Source: a virus (taxonomy: Duplodnaviria > Caudoviricetes). From it: DNA of 64,000 bases. Position 1 is the first letter of the stretch; each line of letters starts with the position of its first letter. The DNA is taken from positions 160,001 to 224,000 of IMG/VR virus record IMGVR_UViG_3300037067_012889; one strand, written 5' to 3'. Of this stretch, positions 30,713-39,583 are shown in pieces. Both the position numbers and the translations under genes were made by a program. The notes under the pieces were generated by a model. It was not told the DNA's origin. It did no database searches and saw only the letters and a program-made list of their open reading frames with translations.

Positions 30713-31267
30713 ATGGCGTTAGTTTGGACTGCACCTCTAGAAATCATCGAAAAATTACAAGAAATCAAGGACAAATCACATCCGGAGTTAGAAAGCGTCT
30801 CCATAGTCGTCGAATTATCTGATGCCAAGCCATTCAAAAACAATAGATTGAATCTTGGCAATGTGCGTAAATTCTCGGCAGCTAATAAGATCTGGCAAAA
30901 AGGCGATTTCGATTTTTGCATCACATTAGTTGGAGAAGTGTGGCAGGACATCCTAAAAGGTCAACAACGTGATGCTCTACTAGACTTACATCTGACAAGA
31001 ATCGAGCCCGTCTGCGAGCCGCAGGTAGTCATTGAGAACAAGAAACGAATCCCATGTAAAGATGAATTCGGTAGAATTATTCTCACCGAAGAACAAAAAC
31101 TTGATAAGAATGGCAATCCACGATGGAGAATTGTGCCAATAGATCTTGGCGTTCTATCTAGGAATGTCAGAAGATACGGATTCTGGTTTGACGATCTTAT
31201 TGAATTTCAGAATGCTCTAGCAGACGCAGCAGAGAGCCAAGAATCGGATGAGGAGTTAGCGAGTTAA
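30713..31267 (+). CDS. phage metallopeptidase-like protein with a degenerate metal motif
   Basis: LGNVRK..DFCIT..W..QRDALLDLHL..WRIVP.D..NVRRYG.W pattern, but HExxH is replaced; AAGGAG RBS. Confidence 0.55.
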   Translation: MALVWTAPLEIIEKLQEIKDKSHPELESVSIVVELSDAKPFKNNRLNLGNVRKFSAANKIWQKGDFDFCITLVGEVWQDILKGQQRDALLDLHLTRIEPVCEPQVVIENKKRIPCKDEFGRIILTEEQKLDKNGNPRWRIVPIDLGVLSRNVRRYGFWFDDLIEFQNALADAAESQESDEELAS

Positions 31268-32226
31268 TGAGTTTGCAATCACGCATTGATGCGTTAAAAT
31301 ATTCAATCGAGTCAGATTTTCAGAAAGAAATAGGTAAGCTGCTTGGTCTCCAGCGCGAAATGAATGCTGGAAACTTAATAGAATGCCTAGATGATGGATT
31401 CGTTCGCTTAGTCGATCACATGGGCGATGATTCCGCTATCGTACAAGCAGCGAGAGTTAGCTATGGTGCTGGTACGAGATCTATCAATGACGACAATGGT
31501 CTCATACGCTATCTAATGCGCCATAGACACACATCTCCATTCGAGATGGTCGAATTCAAATTCCATGTTCGCGTTCCAATGGATTGTTGGCGACAGTGGA
31601 TCCGGCACAGAACGGCATCTGTGAATGAAACGTCTACAAGATATAGCGAAGCCATCGATAGTCGAAGCATTACGAGTTGCGATTCTTGGAGACTGCAATC
31701 TAGTGATAGAAAACAAGGGTCTTCTGGTTTTGCACCGGCACATCTACAGTCTCCATCCGATCCAGCAGCTTATTATGAACTTACTGGTGAATATCTGACA
31801 AAACGAGAAGCAGATCTACACGAATTAGCACAGAACGTCTATCTTGAAAGACTCGAAGCTGGTATAGCTAGAGAGCAAGCACGTAAAGATTTACCACTAA
31901 GCACATATACTGAAGCTTATTGGAAAATAGATGGGCATAATCTGTTGCATTTTCTTGGATTGCGTATGGAAGCTCACGCGCAACTAGAGATTCGGACGTA
32001 CGCAAACGCAATAGCTAAACTAATTAAGCCGATTATCCCTCTGACGTGGGATGCTTTTGAGAACTACTGCTTAAATAGTATAACCCTGAGTTATCAAGAG
32101 CAACAAGAAATACAAAAGTATATCCAGTGGCGATGCACCAGCCCAGAATTAAATATCTCTAGCCTTATGGGCAAGAGCGAGCAGAAAGAATTCAACGAAA
32201 AGCTAAAACGCCTAGGTATTAGTTAA
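31267..32226 (+). CDS. thyX: FAD-dependent thymidylate synthase
   Basis: AARVSY, HTSPFE, RQWIRHRTASVNETSTRY and AREQAR motifs. Confidence 0.96.
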   Translation: MSLQSRIDALKYSIESDFQKEIGKLLGLQREMNAGNLIECLDDGFVRLVDHMGDDSAIVQAARVSYGAGTRSINDDNGLIRYLMRHRHTSPFEMVEFKFHVRVPMDCWRQWIRHRTASVNETSTRYSEAIDSRSITSCDSWRLQSSDRKQGSSGFAPAHLQSPSDPAAYYELTGEYLTKREADLHELAQNVYLERLEAGIAREQARKDLPLSTYTEAYWKIDGHNLLHFLGLRMEAHAQLEIRTYANAIAKLIKPIIPLTWDAFENYCLNSITLSYQEQQEIQKYIQWRCTSPELNISSLMGKSEQKEFNEKLKRLGIS

Positions 32227-32251
32227 TTGTTATTTCTACTCGTGCCATAAC
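32223..32251 (+). promoter_or_regulatory. promoter TTAATT-N17(..TCGTGC)-CATAAC, probably driving a leaderless transcript
   Basis: Member of the recurring motif family; ATG lies 5 nt after the -10 box. Confidence 0.55.
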
Positions 32252-32256
32252 AATAT

Positions 32257-32445
32257 ATGGCATTCACAGATGATATGTTCCTGCAGTTATTGCGATCAGG
32301 TCCTGTCAGTCGCCATCAAATACCTGTTAACGGCGGCGAGCTATATCGTATGATCCAGCGTCTATCAGAACGCGGATTCAAGGTTTATCGTATCGATACC
32401 GGTGGCAATCCAACCTGGAAATTGGGAGAAGAACATGCTGACTGA
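32257..32445 (+). CDS. small wHTH-like protein
   Basis: LYRMIQRLSERGFKV; follows the promoter. Confidence 0.55.
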   Translation: MAFTDDMFLQLLRSGPVSRHQIPVNGGELYRMIQRLSERGFKVYRIDTGGNPTWKLGEEHAD

Positions 32446-32764
32446 AGTAGAAGCACGTCGTGCAGGCGAAGAACTCTTACGCAGACTCAATGGATCTGGA
32501 TGGGAACTGTGCGTTCATGAAAATTGCGGTTGGCATTACTATTGTCACAATGGTCTTCTGTCGGTATACGAAAACGGTGTCGGCAAGTATTTCACACTCC
32601 TCAGTGCCGACCCAAACCTTAAAGCATGCGGCGAGATTTATTGGACAGAAGAAGAAAGGTTTGACGATCCCAATAAAGCCGTTGAACACCAAATGATGCT
32701 CGCCAGAAATTTTCTCAACAAGATACGACGTGTGGTCGATGGCGTTGAGAAGAGGCTTCTGTAA
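32435..32764 (+). CDS. hypothetical protein
   Basis: GGAG RBS before ATG (MLTEVEA). Confidence 0.6.
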   Translation: MLTEVEARRAGEELLRRLNGSGWELCVHENCGWHYYCHNGLLSVYENGVGKYFTLLSADPNLKACGEIYWTEEERFDDPNKAVEHQMMLARNFLNKIRRVVDGVEKRLL

Positions 32765-32765
32765 T

Positions 32766-33206
32766 CTAGCGATGCGGTGTGGGGCCTAGACGAAAAGGAT
32801 AGGCTGGATACCCATAACTGACTGGGTATCCGTAATTCGGACGATAAGCAGGTCGATATATCGGATACGTATAATTATCGTGATAGTGATAACGATAATT
32901 ATAGTATTGGTGCCACTGTTGACTCTTAAGTTGTTCTTTCGCCAACCTTAAGGCTTGGGCCTTCTCTTCTTGTTGCCGTTTCTTCTCTTGCGATAGCATG
33001 TAGGCTTTCACGACTACAGCAACGCGTGTTGGCGTCATATTGTTGAGCTTTTCTTCCCATACCGCGATTTTATCCTCGTCGAATCGCAAATCGACTGTCA
33101 GATAGGCAAGTAGCCATTCCTTTTGTTGTTCTGTGGTCATAGCGTCGATATTAGTTGTATACGGCGTCTGTGCCATCATAACCATTACAAGGATTAGCGT
33201 GTTCAT
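32766..33206 (-). CDS. secreted-type protein with a Y/P-rich tail
   Basis: Hydrophobic N-terminus; low-complexity YRP tail. Confidence 0.6.
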   Translation of the reverse strand: MNTLILVMVMMAQTPYTTNIDAMTTEQQKEWLLAYLTVDLRFDEDKIAVWEEKLNNMTPTRVAVVVKAYMLSQEKKRQQEEKAQALRLAKEQLKSQQWHQYYNYRYHYHDNYTYPIYRPAYRPNYGYPVSYGYPAYPFRLGPTPHR

Positions 33207-33472
33207 TAGTCTATCTCCACTTCCATAAATTGTTTATGCAACTCTAATAGCTTATCGTAGAATATTCTGATACCTTCATCATCGTGAAGAGCTTTTGCGT
33301 CTGCGATATTTCGAAGCTCTTGAGCCATATATCCATACAGCTTCTCCATTTTTCGCGTGTTTTCTAATGCCTTTTGTAGCTGCACAGATTGCTTATGATT
33401 TTTGACGATATAAAAAATCGAGATAGCACTACAGCCCATTACGATCATATTAAGAAACAAAGTCACTATCAT
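33206..33472 (-). CDS. membrane-anchored coiled-coil protein
   Basis: N-terminal TM helix; stop/start overlaps. Confidence 0.6.
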   Translation of the reverse strand: MIVTLFLNMIVMGCSAISIFYIVKNHKQSVQLQKALENTRKMEKLYGYMAQELRNIADAKALHDDEGIRIFYDKLLELHKQFMEVEID

Positions 33473-33630
33473 TTTCTACCTAAATGGCGTTTTCTTGTCG
33501 CCCAAATTGTCCAAACATGCAAGCAGTTAAAACACCTATACTCTTGTCGTCGTGGCGACTGTTTTACTAGATAACAAGCACACTTACCACAAACTGGACA
33601 ACGTTCAAGTGTTGGTCTAGGCTTACTCAT
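33469..33630 (-). CDS. small Zn-ribbon protein (53 aa)
   Basis: Hand-translated CPVCG...YRCFNCLHVW; ATGA overlap with the next gene. Confidence 0.55.
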   Translation of the reverse strand: MSKPRPTLERCPVCGKCACYLVKQSPRRQEYRCFNCLHVWTIWATRKRHLGRK

Positions 33631-33710
33631 TACCTATATTTACGAACTATTTCCTACATAATTATATCGCCAAACGTTGTTTGTTTTAATTGAATGTTCA
33701 AATATATCAT

Positions 33711-33926
33711 ATGAAACTCAGGCAATTATCAGAAGACGGCGTCACTAAAGAACGTAAGCAAACGTCTGCGCCAAAGACTAGGGTTTGGCAAACTGACTCT
33801 CACCAGGGAAAGAAATGTAATGCGGCCAAGTCTGTTGGCCCAGAAGCTAAACCATACCGATGGGGTACTGGTAAACCAATGTCCGGAGATGGTTATAAAG
33901 AACACATTCTCCCTGTTGGACATTAA
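33711..33926 (+). CDS. small basic protein with MKLRQLSE N-terminus
   Basis: Shared N-terminal motif. Confidence 0.6.
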   Translation: MKLRQLSEDGVTKERKQTSAPKTRVWQTDSHQGKKCNAAKSVGPEAKPYRWGTGKPMSGDGYKEHILPVGH

Positions 33927-34156
33927 TCCATCGTATCTGACATATTCTTTTCAAACCAGCCGTTCCATCTTTGGAGTTCTTTTTGCCAATGTTCAGGCAT
34001 ATCTTCTTGGAGCATAATCTCGTCAATGTTTGAGTTACTTCGCATAACAGACCATTGCCCCGGTGGTAGTTCCTTATCATTAGAATAAATCGTAGCAGCG
34101 GCTTCAACTTTGCTACCATCGATGCTATGGAATTGAATAAAGCATACGCTAGCCAT
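33923..34156 (-). CDS. hypothetical protein (77 aa)
   Basis: GGAG RBS; overlap with the upstream gene. Confidence 0.5.
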   Translation of the reverse strand: MASVCFIQFHSIDGSKVEAAATIYSNDKELPPGQWSVMRSNSNIDEIMLQEDMPEHWQKELQRWNGWFEKNMSDTMD

Positions 34157-34748
34157 TGCTATCTCCGAGCATGTCTAAGCATTCCGGTACTCGAAGATTA
34201 TAACGCTCACGTTGCATTTCAAGCACTTCAGACGCAATTGTGCTAAGCGTACATTGCAAGATAGCACGTCGGCCCGCCTTGCTGTCTAATAGATATGTCA
34301 GTGGAGGTGCAATAAAATCGTTATTATGTATGAGCTTCGTCTTAATCCATTTGTGGCATCTCGACGGTTTTGGTTCTCCGTTAGCCTCAATTGGCGAATC
34401 TCTATATATAACAAGGAATTCTTTATATAACTTCCAGTCACAGATTATTAAGGCATCAGGCCGCGTTCGTTCAGCATTAATATATCCGACGACCAAATGA
34501 TCAATCCGTGCGTCTGTGAAATCGCGTACGCCACATAGAACGGTTAAGAATCCAAGATAAGACGCATTACATGTTTTTTCTTGGATTCTGATATTGCCAT
34601 TAACAATCAGATCGATTTTTTGAGTTCTATCATCGTCTGTATTGACTCTATCATCAATATCACATCCAGCACCATAGAAGCCTTCATAATAAGGAACGAG
34701 CAGTTTGTGATTTTCTTGTGATATCATGAGTCGTTCCTCAAATGTCAT
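34149..34748 (-). CDS. hypothetical protein, possibly PD-(D/E)xK-like
   Basis: KIDLIV..IRIQEK; ATGA overlap at 34745-34748. Confidence 0.5.
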   Translation of the reverse strand: MTFEERLMISQENHKLLVPYYEGFYGAGCDIDDRVNTDDDRTQKIDLIVNGNIRIQEKTCNASYLGFLTVLCGVRDFTDARIDHLVVGYINAERTRPDALIICDWKLYKEFLVIYRDSPIEANGEPKPSRCHKWIKTKLIHNNDFIAPPLTYLLDSKAGRRAILQCTLSTIASEVLEMQRERYNLRVPECLDMLGDSNG

Positions 34749-35473
34749 GGTGCTGGCAAGTATATGACTGGTGCTGTTAATAATGGAACGTTTGATTTTT
34801 CTCCGCGATCGTTCCAATACCAAAACATGAAATACCCCATACGACCTAAGATGATCTGATCTAGTGTCGCACTCTTGTTCATTCGATCTTGCAATTTTGC
34901 TGCTTCAGAGATGCTATCGACACCAAGATAATCGTATGCTGGCTGTCTGAATTCTTTTGGTAGCCTGTCTTCCTTCTTGGGTGGATGGTATTCGTGCGTA
35001 GTGCTATGCATCGTAACCATTACACCATTTTCACACGACGTAGCTAATGCTATCCGTATGACCGCTAACCGTTTAGATGTCTCGTCTACGGCTTTCTCAA
35101 AATCATTTTGATATTTCCTTAGATCGACTTGTCGCAAGAATTTACAAAAGAATTCATCAGTTTGAGATTCATTCAATACTTGCACACCATGGTGATAATA
35201 ACAATGATAAATACCTAAGATCTCTCTAGAAAACAGAGTACCACAAAATGAGCTTTCTGGCATATCGGCTAAGAGATTATAGACACGTCTAACTTTAGCT
35301 TCCCACGCCGGGCTAGTAGATGGCCAATCGATGGTGACTATATTACATGCAAGCTGCCATCGATCGTCTGTAGGAGTAGATGCCTCATGAACTACGATTT
35401 CGTTCTTTGGCTCTTCCGGCCCCTGGTACTTCTGAAGCTGATACAGAATAGATTTCATATTGTTCAAATACAC
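34745..35473 (-). CDS. hypothetical protein
   Basis: Long ORF within a co-oriented run. Confidence 0.65.
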   Translation of the reverse strand: MYLNNMKSILYQLQKYQGPEEPKNEIVVHEASTPTDDRWQLACNIVTIDWPSTSPAWEAKVRRVYNLLADMPESSFCGTLFSREILGIYHCYYHHGVQVLNESQTDEFFCKFLRQVDLRKYQNDFEKAVDETSKRLAVIRIALATSCENGVMVTMHSTTHEYHPPKKEDRLPKEFRQPAYDYLGVDSISEAAKLQDRMNKSATLDQIILGRMGYFMFWYWNDRGEKSNVPLLTAPVIYLPAP

Positions 35474-35486
35474 AATATGATTCTAT

Positions 35487-36224
35487 TTATGCCGCAGATT
35501 TCAGAGAATTGAAAATCTGTAAGAGCGGCCTTGTGTCGATATTCTGTTGCTGCGCGATTCTTGGTGTTGCTCGCCAAACGTTCGCCAACCCTCTGAAATG
35601 CAGCTCATCATGTAAAATCATCACATAACGAGTGATTAGACTGTCTGTCGGCGTGAAGTCTCCTCGCAATACAACACATAACTTTTCGACTGGTATTCCT
35701 TGATCGTATACGATTGTCATACCATGACCAGGATAAATCTGGTACATTTTTCCAGATTTACCACAAACGCTCACAAAGCCATTTCGAAGAAACCGACGAA
35801 ATTTGTCATCGCCAAGAAGCCTATGAAGCGTCTCACGAGCGCGCAACTCTCTGACATCAGAGGCAATTTTGGCCGGTGTGCGCGAAGATATGATAGCGGG
35901 ACCTTGTCGTCGTTGCAAAATCTGACGAAAACGATCGCTAACAGACAAAGGAGGTTCAAAAGAATGTTGCCAATTGTAAGTGTAATTATCGCCCCATTTG
36001 TTATGTGTGGCCCAATCGTTATAAAATCCGCGTGTGGAAGTGCCATCCGTTGCGAAATTAATGCAATAACTGTCGTGTAATATGTTCTTATTGTACTTAT
36101 CAAACGTTTTGATAATTGGAGCCGAAGTTGAAGTCGAAATACCACTCTCATACCAATCATACACAGCGGCAGTAGTGCATAATGGCATCGTGTAGTATCC
36201 AGATGTTAATTTATAATTAACCAC
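35487..36224 (-). CDS. uncharacterised protein (GKSGKMYQI..LC..P.D..DE..F...AN domain)
   Basis: Starts 1 nt after the GG-ending gene. Confidence 0.7.
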   Translation of the reverse strand: MVNYKLTSGYYTMPLCTTAAVYDWYESGISTSTSAPIIKTFDKYNKNILHDSYCINFATDGTSTRGFYNDWATHNKWGDNYTYNWQHSFEPPLSVSDRFRQILQRRQGPAIISSRTPAKIASDVRELRARETLHRLLGDDKFRRFLRNGFVSVCGKSGKMYQIYPGHGMTIVYDQGIPVEKLCVVLRGDFTPTDSLITRYVMILHDELHFRGLANVWRATPRIAQQQNIDTRPLLQIFNSLKSAA

Positions 36225-36225
36225 G

Positions 36226-36567
36226 TCAGCCTCCCATAGCCATTTTAATCGGCAAGAATATGACTTGTTCGGCCATCGGGTCGAACTCTTTCATCTCATC
36301 TGACGAAGCTTTTCCACCAACGCCGACTTTATATGGTTTCAATCCTTGCTTTGTCAAGTCGTCAAACATCTCCTTCGCGGCCCTGATTTCCGCCAAGCTA
36401 TCAGAATCCCAAACGACACGTTTGTCGCCATCTTTCCAATTCACGATATGAAATATGCCATGCTTGGGGGGCGGAACAACGTCGTCAACGACGCGCAGCA
36501 ACTCTGGGATATTGATCTTTACCATTGCATTGCAACTGTCGATGACCGGTACTTCTATGAAACTCAT
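36226..36567 (-). CDS. small protein ending in Gly-Gly (GDKRVVWD..FDP.AE..MAMGG)
   Basis: ORF translation. Confidence 0.75.
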   Translation of the reverse strand: MSFIEVPVIDSCNAMVKINIPELLRVVDDVVPPPKHGIFHIVNWKDGDKRVVWDSDSLAEIRAAKEMFDDLTKQGLKPYKVGVGGKASSDEMKEFDPMAEQVIFLPIKMAMGG

Positions 36568-36569
36568 AA

Positions 36570-36992
36570 TTATCGCCCTGCTAATCTTCCTAAAAATCGA
36601 TCAGTCCAAGATTCTCGTATAAGTAGCTCTGCCGTATCGTATGGTGGTCTGATCAAATCTTTACCGTTTTTGATAACGACGCCATCTCGCTCTTTTTTGT
36701 AGTTGTGATTCTCAATTACCTCTCTCATACACACTGTTCTTGGTTCTTCTGACCAAGCAGCGATAGTAGGACACAATTCTTCTTCTGACGTACCATTGAA
36801 TCTACCAGATTCAACGATTTGCCCATCTTTGACAACACGCAAGTGCTCGTGCTTGCATTTCGGGCAAACAAGAGTAATTCGCCGATTGATAGATACGTCT
36901 AATTTGACAAGAATAAATCCACCGCAACCGCCGCCGCTAATAGTGCAGTGAATTTCCTGCCAGATTTTTGGACTTCTCTGCGACATCATCAC
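36570..36992 (-). CDS. Zn-ribbon protein
   Basis: HC..GCGG and CPKCKHEH motifs. Confidence 0.65.
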   Translation of the reverse strand: MMMSQRSPKIWQEIHCTISGGGCGGFILVKLDVSINRRITLVCPKCKHEHLRVVKDGQIVESGRFNGTSEEELCPTIAAWSEEPRTVCMREVIENHNYKKERDGVVIKNGKDLIRPPYDTAELLIRESWTDRFLGRLAGR

Positions 36993-37330
36993 TTCCCTGT
37001 GGTGAATTCTTGCAACGCCTTGAATGTTTCGCCAATCTCGATCTTGTTGACAGAAATTTCAGCATCGATCTTGGCATCATCGACAACGGCATTTACTTGG
37101 ATGATAGTGCCACGCTTCGAATCGATATAGTTGAAAATGCCACCTTGGTTCATCAGTCGCGTCCAAGCTTGGAACCAGACACCACAAGGAACAGCCACTT
37201 TAAGGCCGGATGAATCGGCATGGAAATGAATTTCGCCTTTGGCTTCGTGGATGCGAATGTCGCCAAGAACGGTCGTATCCTTGTTAGTAGCCTTAGAAGC
37301 ACACACCGTAGTTTCGCGCTCTCCTCCCAT
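36989..37330 (-). CDS. hypothetical protein
   Basis: AAGGAG RBS before ATG 37330. Confidence 0.65.
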   Translation of the reverse strand: MGGERETTVCASKATNKDTTVLGDIRIHEAKGEIHFHADSSGLKVAVPCGVWFQAWTRLMNQGGIFNYIDSKRGTIIQVNAVVDDAKIDAEISVNKIEIGETFKALQEFTTGK

Positions 37331-37398
37331 AGCATTCTCCTTATCAAGATAATAACTAGAATCGCCAATGAAGGCGGATATCACTAAAATACATCTCT

Positions 37399-37427
37399 AT
37401 TTTAGCATATCAAATAACGTCGGTCAA
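37399..37427 (-). promoter_or_regulatory. sigma70-like promoter TTGACC-N17-TAAAAT with TG extension
   Basis: Near-consensus boxes with 17-nt spacing. Confidence 0.55.
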
Positions 37428-37465
37428 GTCCTGCAGTCGTATGAGATTCCCAAATTTCAAATATA

Positions 37466-37810
37466 CTACCAATCACCACCAGCACCACCGCCGCCGAAAT
37501 CTCCACCGCCGCCACCGAAAATACTGCTGCCACCACCGAGTATATCGAGATTCAATGAACTATCGTCCGAAGGCTCATCGACTGTCGATTTCGGCATATA
37601 TGATTCTTGTACTGCAGTGCTGTGATGCCCTGCCAGCATCGTTCTGACTTGTTGCTCAGTGTCGAAGTAAAATCGCCCACGACTCCAACTACCATCTCGT
37701 TGGAGATACAGAGCCTCACTACCAGATTTGTTTAAGCAATACCATTTGTTCCAATATTGCTCATCAACATCGGGTCCGGGCGTAGCTTGCTTGATTTGTA
37801 CTTGATCCAT
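37466..37810 (-). CDS. hypothetical protein with a GGGGDFGGGGAGGDW tail
   Basis: The tail duplicates that of the adjacent TPM protein. Confidence 0.65.
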   Translation of the reverse strand: MDQVQIKQATPGPDVDEQYWNKWYCLNKSGSEALYLQRDGSWSRGRFYFDTEQQVRTMLAGHHSTAVQESYMPKSTVDEPSDDSSLNLDILGGGSSIFGGGGGDFGGGGAGGDW

Positions 37811-37831
37811 CCTGTAGTCCTGTAGTCACCT
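37811..37831 (-). repeat. orphan CRISPR-repeat core (AGGTGACTACAGG + ACTACAGG)
   Basis: Exact 13-nt match to the 3' end of the array repeat plus an 8-nt tandem copy. Confidence 0.65.
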
Positions 37832-37858
37832 ATATAGGATTATCAAATTTCGAATACG

Positions 37859-38647
37859 TTACCAACCTCCACCGGCTCCACCGCCGCCAAAATCGCCACC
37901 ACCGCCTGAATAACTGTCGCTTCCTCCGCCACTACTGCCGCTGCTGCTGCTTCCACTACCAATGAAACTGCTACCGAAAGAATCGGAACTAATCGCAATT
38001 ATGACAATAACAATCACTATAATCACAACGATCACGATTATAGTGATGCCAAACCAAGTAGACCAAAAACTAGCAACTGCGGCACCGGCAACGACAGCTG
38101 TGCCAGCGCCGACAGCCCCTGGTACTACACGACCATGTATATTGGCGTCGATAGCTTCGATCGCTACTTTAATACCGGCATGAAAATCGCCAGCCTTGAA
38201 TTGTGGCTTCACCTGATCGGCAAGGATATGGCGGCACACAACATCGGTAAGCGTCCCTTCTAACCCACGCCCAACAGTTATCCAAGTCTTATGTTCTTTA
38301 ATAGCGGCGACAAACAACACCCCATTGTCTTTGTCTTTCTGTCCCAACTTCCATCTTTTGGCCGTCTCGATTGCGAATTGACTAATATCCTGTCCACCTA
38401 AAGTTGGTATAGTCAGGACAACAATTTGGTTGCCAGTTTCTTTCTCCTGCCTAAGAAGTTCATTGCTTAGGCTCTCAACTTGGCTCACCGACAACACTTT
38501 GGCATCGTCATTTATTGGACCACGTAATGTCGGCGTTGCAGCCGCACGTGCAGATTGCATCACCGGCATTAACAACATCGCAAGCATGCCGACAATTGCG
38601 ATTACGACGAGCAATTCAACTAATGTAAAACCGTTCGTGCGTTTCAT
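37859..38647 (-). CDS. TPM-domain membrane protein with a prepilin-type N-terminal methylation leader
   Basis: MKRTNGFTLVELLVVIAIVGML..QSARAAA; TPM motifs WKLGQKDKDNGVL and VGRGLEG; TM helix; Gly-rich tail. Confidence 0.88.
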   Translation of the reverse strand: MKRTNGFTLVELLVVIAIVGMLAMLLMPVMQSARAAATPTLRGPINDDAKVLSVSQVESLSNELLRQEKETGNQIVVLTIPTLGGQDISQFAIETAKRWKLGQKDKDNGVLFVAAIKEHKTWITVGRGLEGTLTDVVCRHILADQVKPQFKAGDFHAGIKVAIEAIDANIHGRVVPGAVGAGTAVVAGAAVASFWSTWFGITIIVIVVIIVIVIVIIAISSDSFGSSFIGSGSSSSGSSGGGSDSYSGGGGDFGGGGAGGGW

Positions 38648-38657
38648 TTAGTATCTC

Positions 38658-39263
38658 TCAGAATTCGACTTTTGGTGCAGTCTTCGCAGCTTCTGTTACT
38701 TCAAAAAGTTCTGCTCGTTTGAATCCGTGCACGTTAGCGACCATTTGACTGAACAGACCACCAACAGTAATGTTATATTCCTTCACAGCTTTATTATATC
38801 GGTGGCGAGCTTCATTAATACGATTTTCTGTACCTTCCAGCTGCGATTGAAGATCTAAGAAGTTCGTATTAGCTTTCAATTCAGGATATTGCTCCTGAAC
38901 TAGAAGTAGCCGTGACAGGGCCGATGACATACCGCCCTGCGCCTCTGCAAACTTTTTCATCTGTTCTGGGTCGGTCGTTGCGGCGTTAATATTTACCTGC
39001 CCGACCTTCGCACGTGCTTCGGTAACATCATTGAATACGTCATGCTCGTGTGTAGCATATCCCTTAACAGTGCTGACGAGGTTCGGTATCAGATCATACC
39101 TACGTTGAAGAGTAGATCCAATATCGGCCACCTTTTCCTGAACAGTATTGAATCCGGTATTGAGGCTACTATAAGTGCCCCACCACGACAACCCAATAAT
39201 AATGATGATGAGTAGTACGACGCCAACAAGACCCAATGCAACGTATAAACAACCCTTCATCAT
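38658..39263 (-). CDS. lemA: LemA family protein
   Basis: LQRRYDLIPNLVSTVKGYATHE; EQYPELKANTNFLDLQSQLEGTENRI. Confidence 0.95.
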   Translation of the reverse strand: MMKGCLYVALGLVGVVLLIIIIIGLSWWGTYSSLNTGFNTVQEKVADIGSTLQRRYDLIPNLVSTVKGYATHEHDVFNDVTEARAKVGQVNINAATTDPEQMKKFAEAQGGMSSALSRLLLVQEQYPELKANTNFLDLQSQLEGTENRINEARHRYNKAVKEYNITVGGLFSQMVANVHGFKRAELFEVTEAAKTAPKVEF

Positions 39264-39312
39264 ATATCTCCTAGACCAATTTAATAGTAAAATACATTAT
39301 ACAAGCTGGAAT

Positions 39313-39538
39313 CATGCAATATCTAGGAGCGAGCGATACTCTCTATTCCTGTTTTTGTTTACAGAAATATTCCTGTAGTCACCTGGGAACGAGCGGTACT
39401 CTCCATTGCAGAAAGGCGGATGGTCAAGATCGGGCTTCCTGTAGTCACCTGGGAACGAGCGGTACTCTCCATTGGAATGAGCTGTGCGAGCAATGGGCCA
39501 ACTCCTGTAGTCACCTGGGAACGAGCGGTACTCTCCAT
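39313..39538 (-). CRISPR. CRISPR array 1: 3 perfect 35-nt repeats, 1 degenerate terminal repeat, 3 spacers
   Basis: CCTGTAGTCACCTGGGAACGAGCGGTACTCTCCAT at 39372, 39438 and 39504 (period 66); degenerate copy 39313-39346; leader TACGCCAACGGGT on the right. Confidence 0.95.
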
Positions 39539-39583
39539 TACGCCAACGGGTTGACGGTCATAATAATACCACTAGTAAATCTG

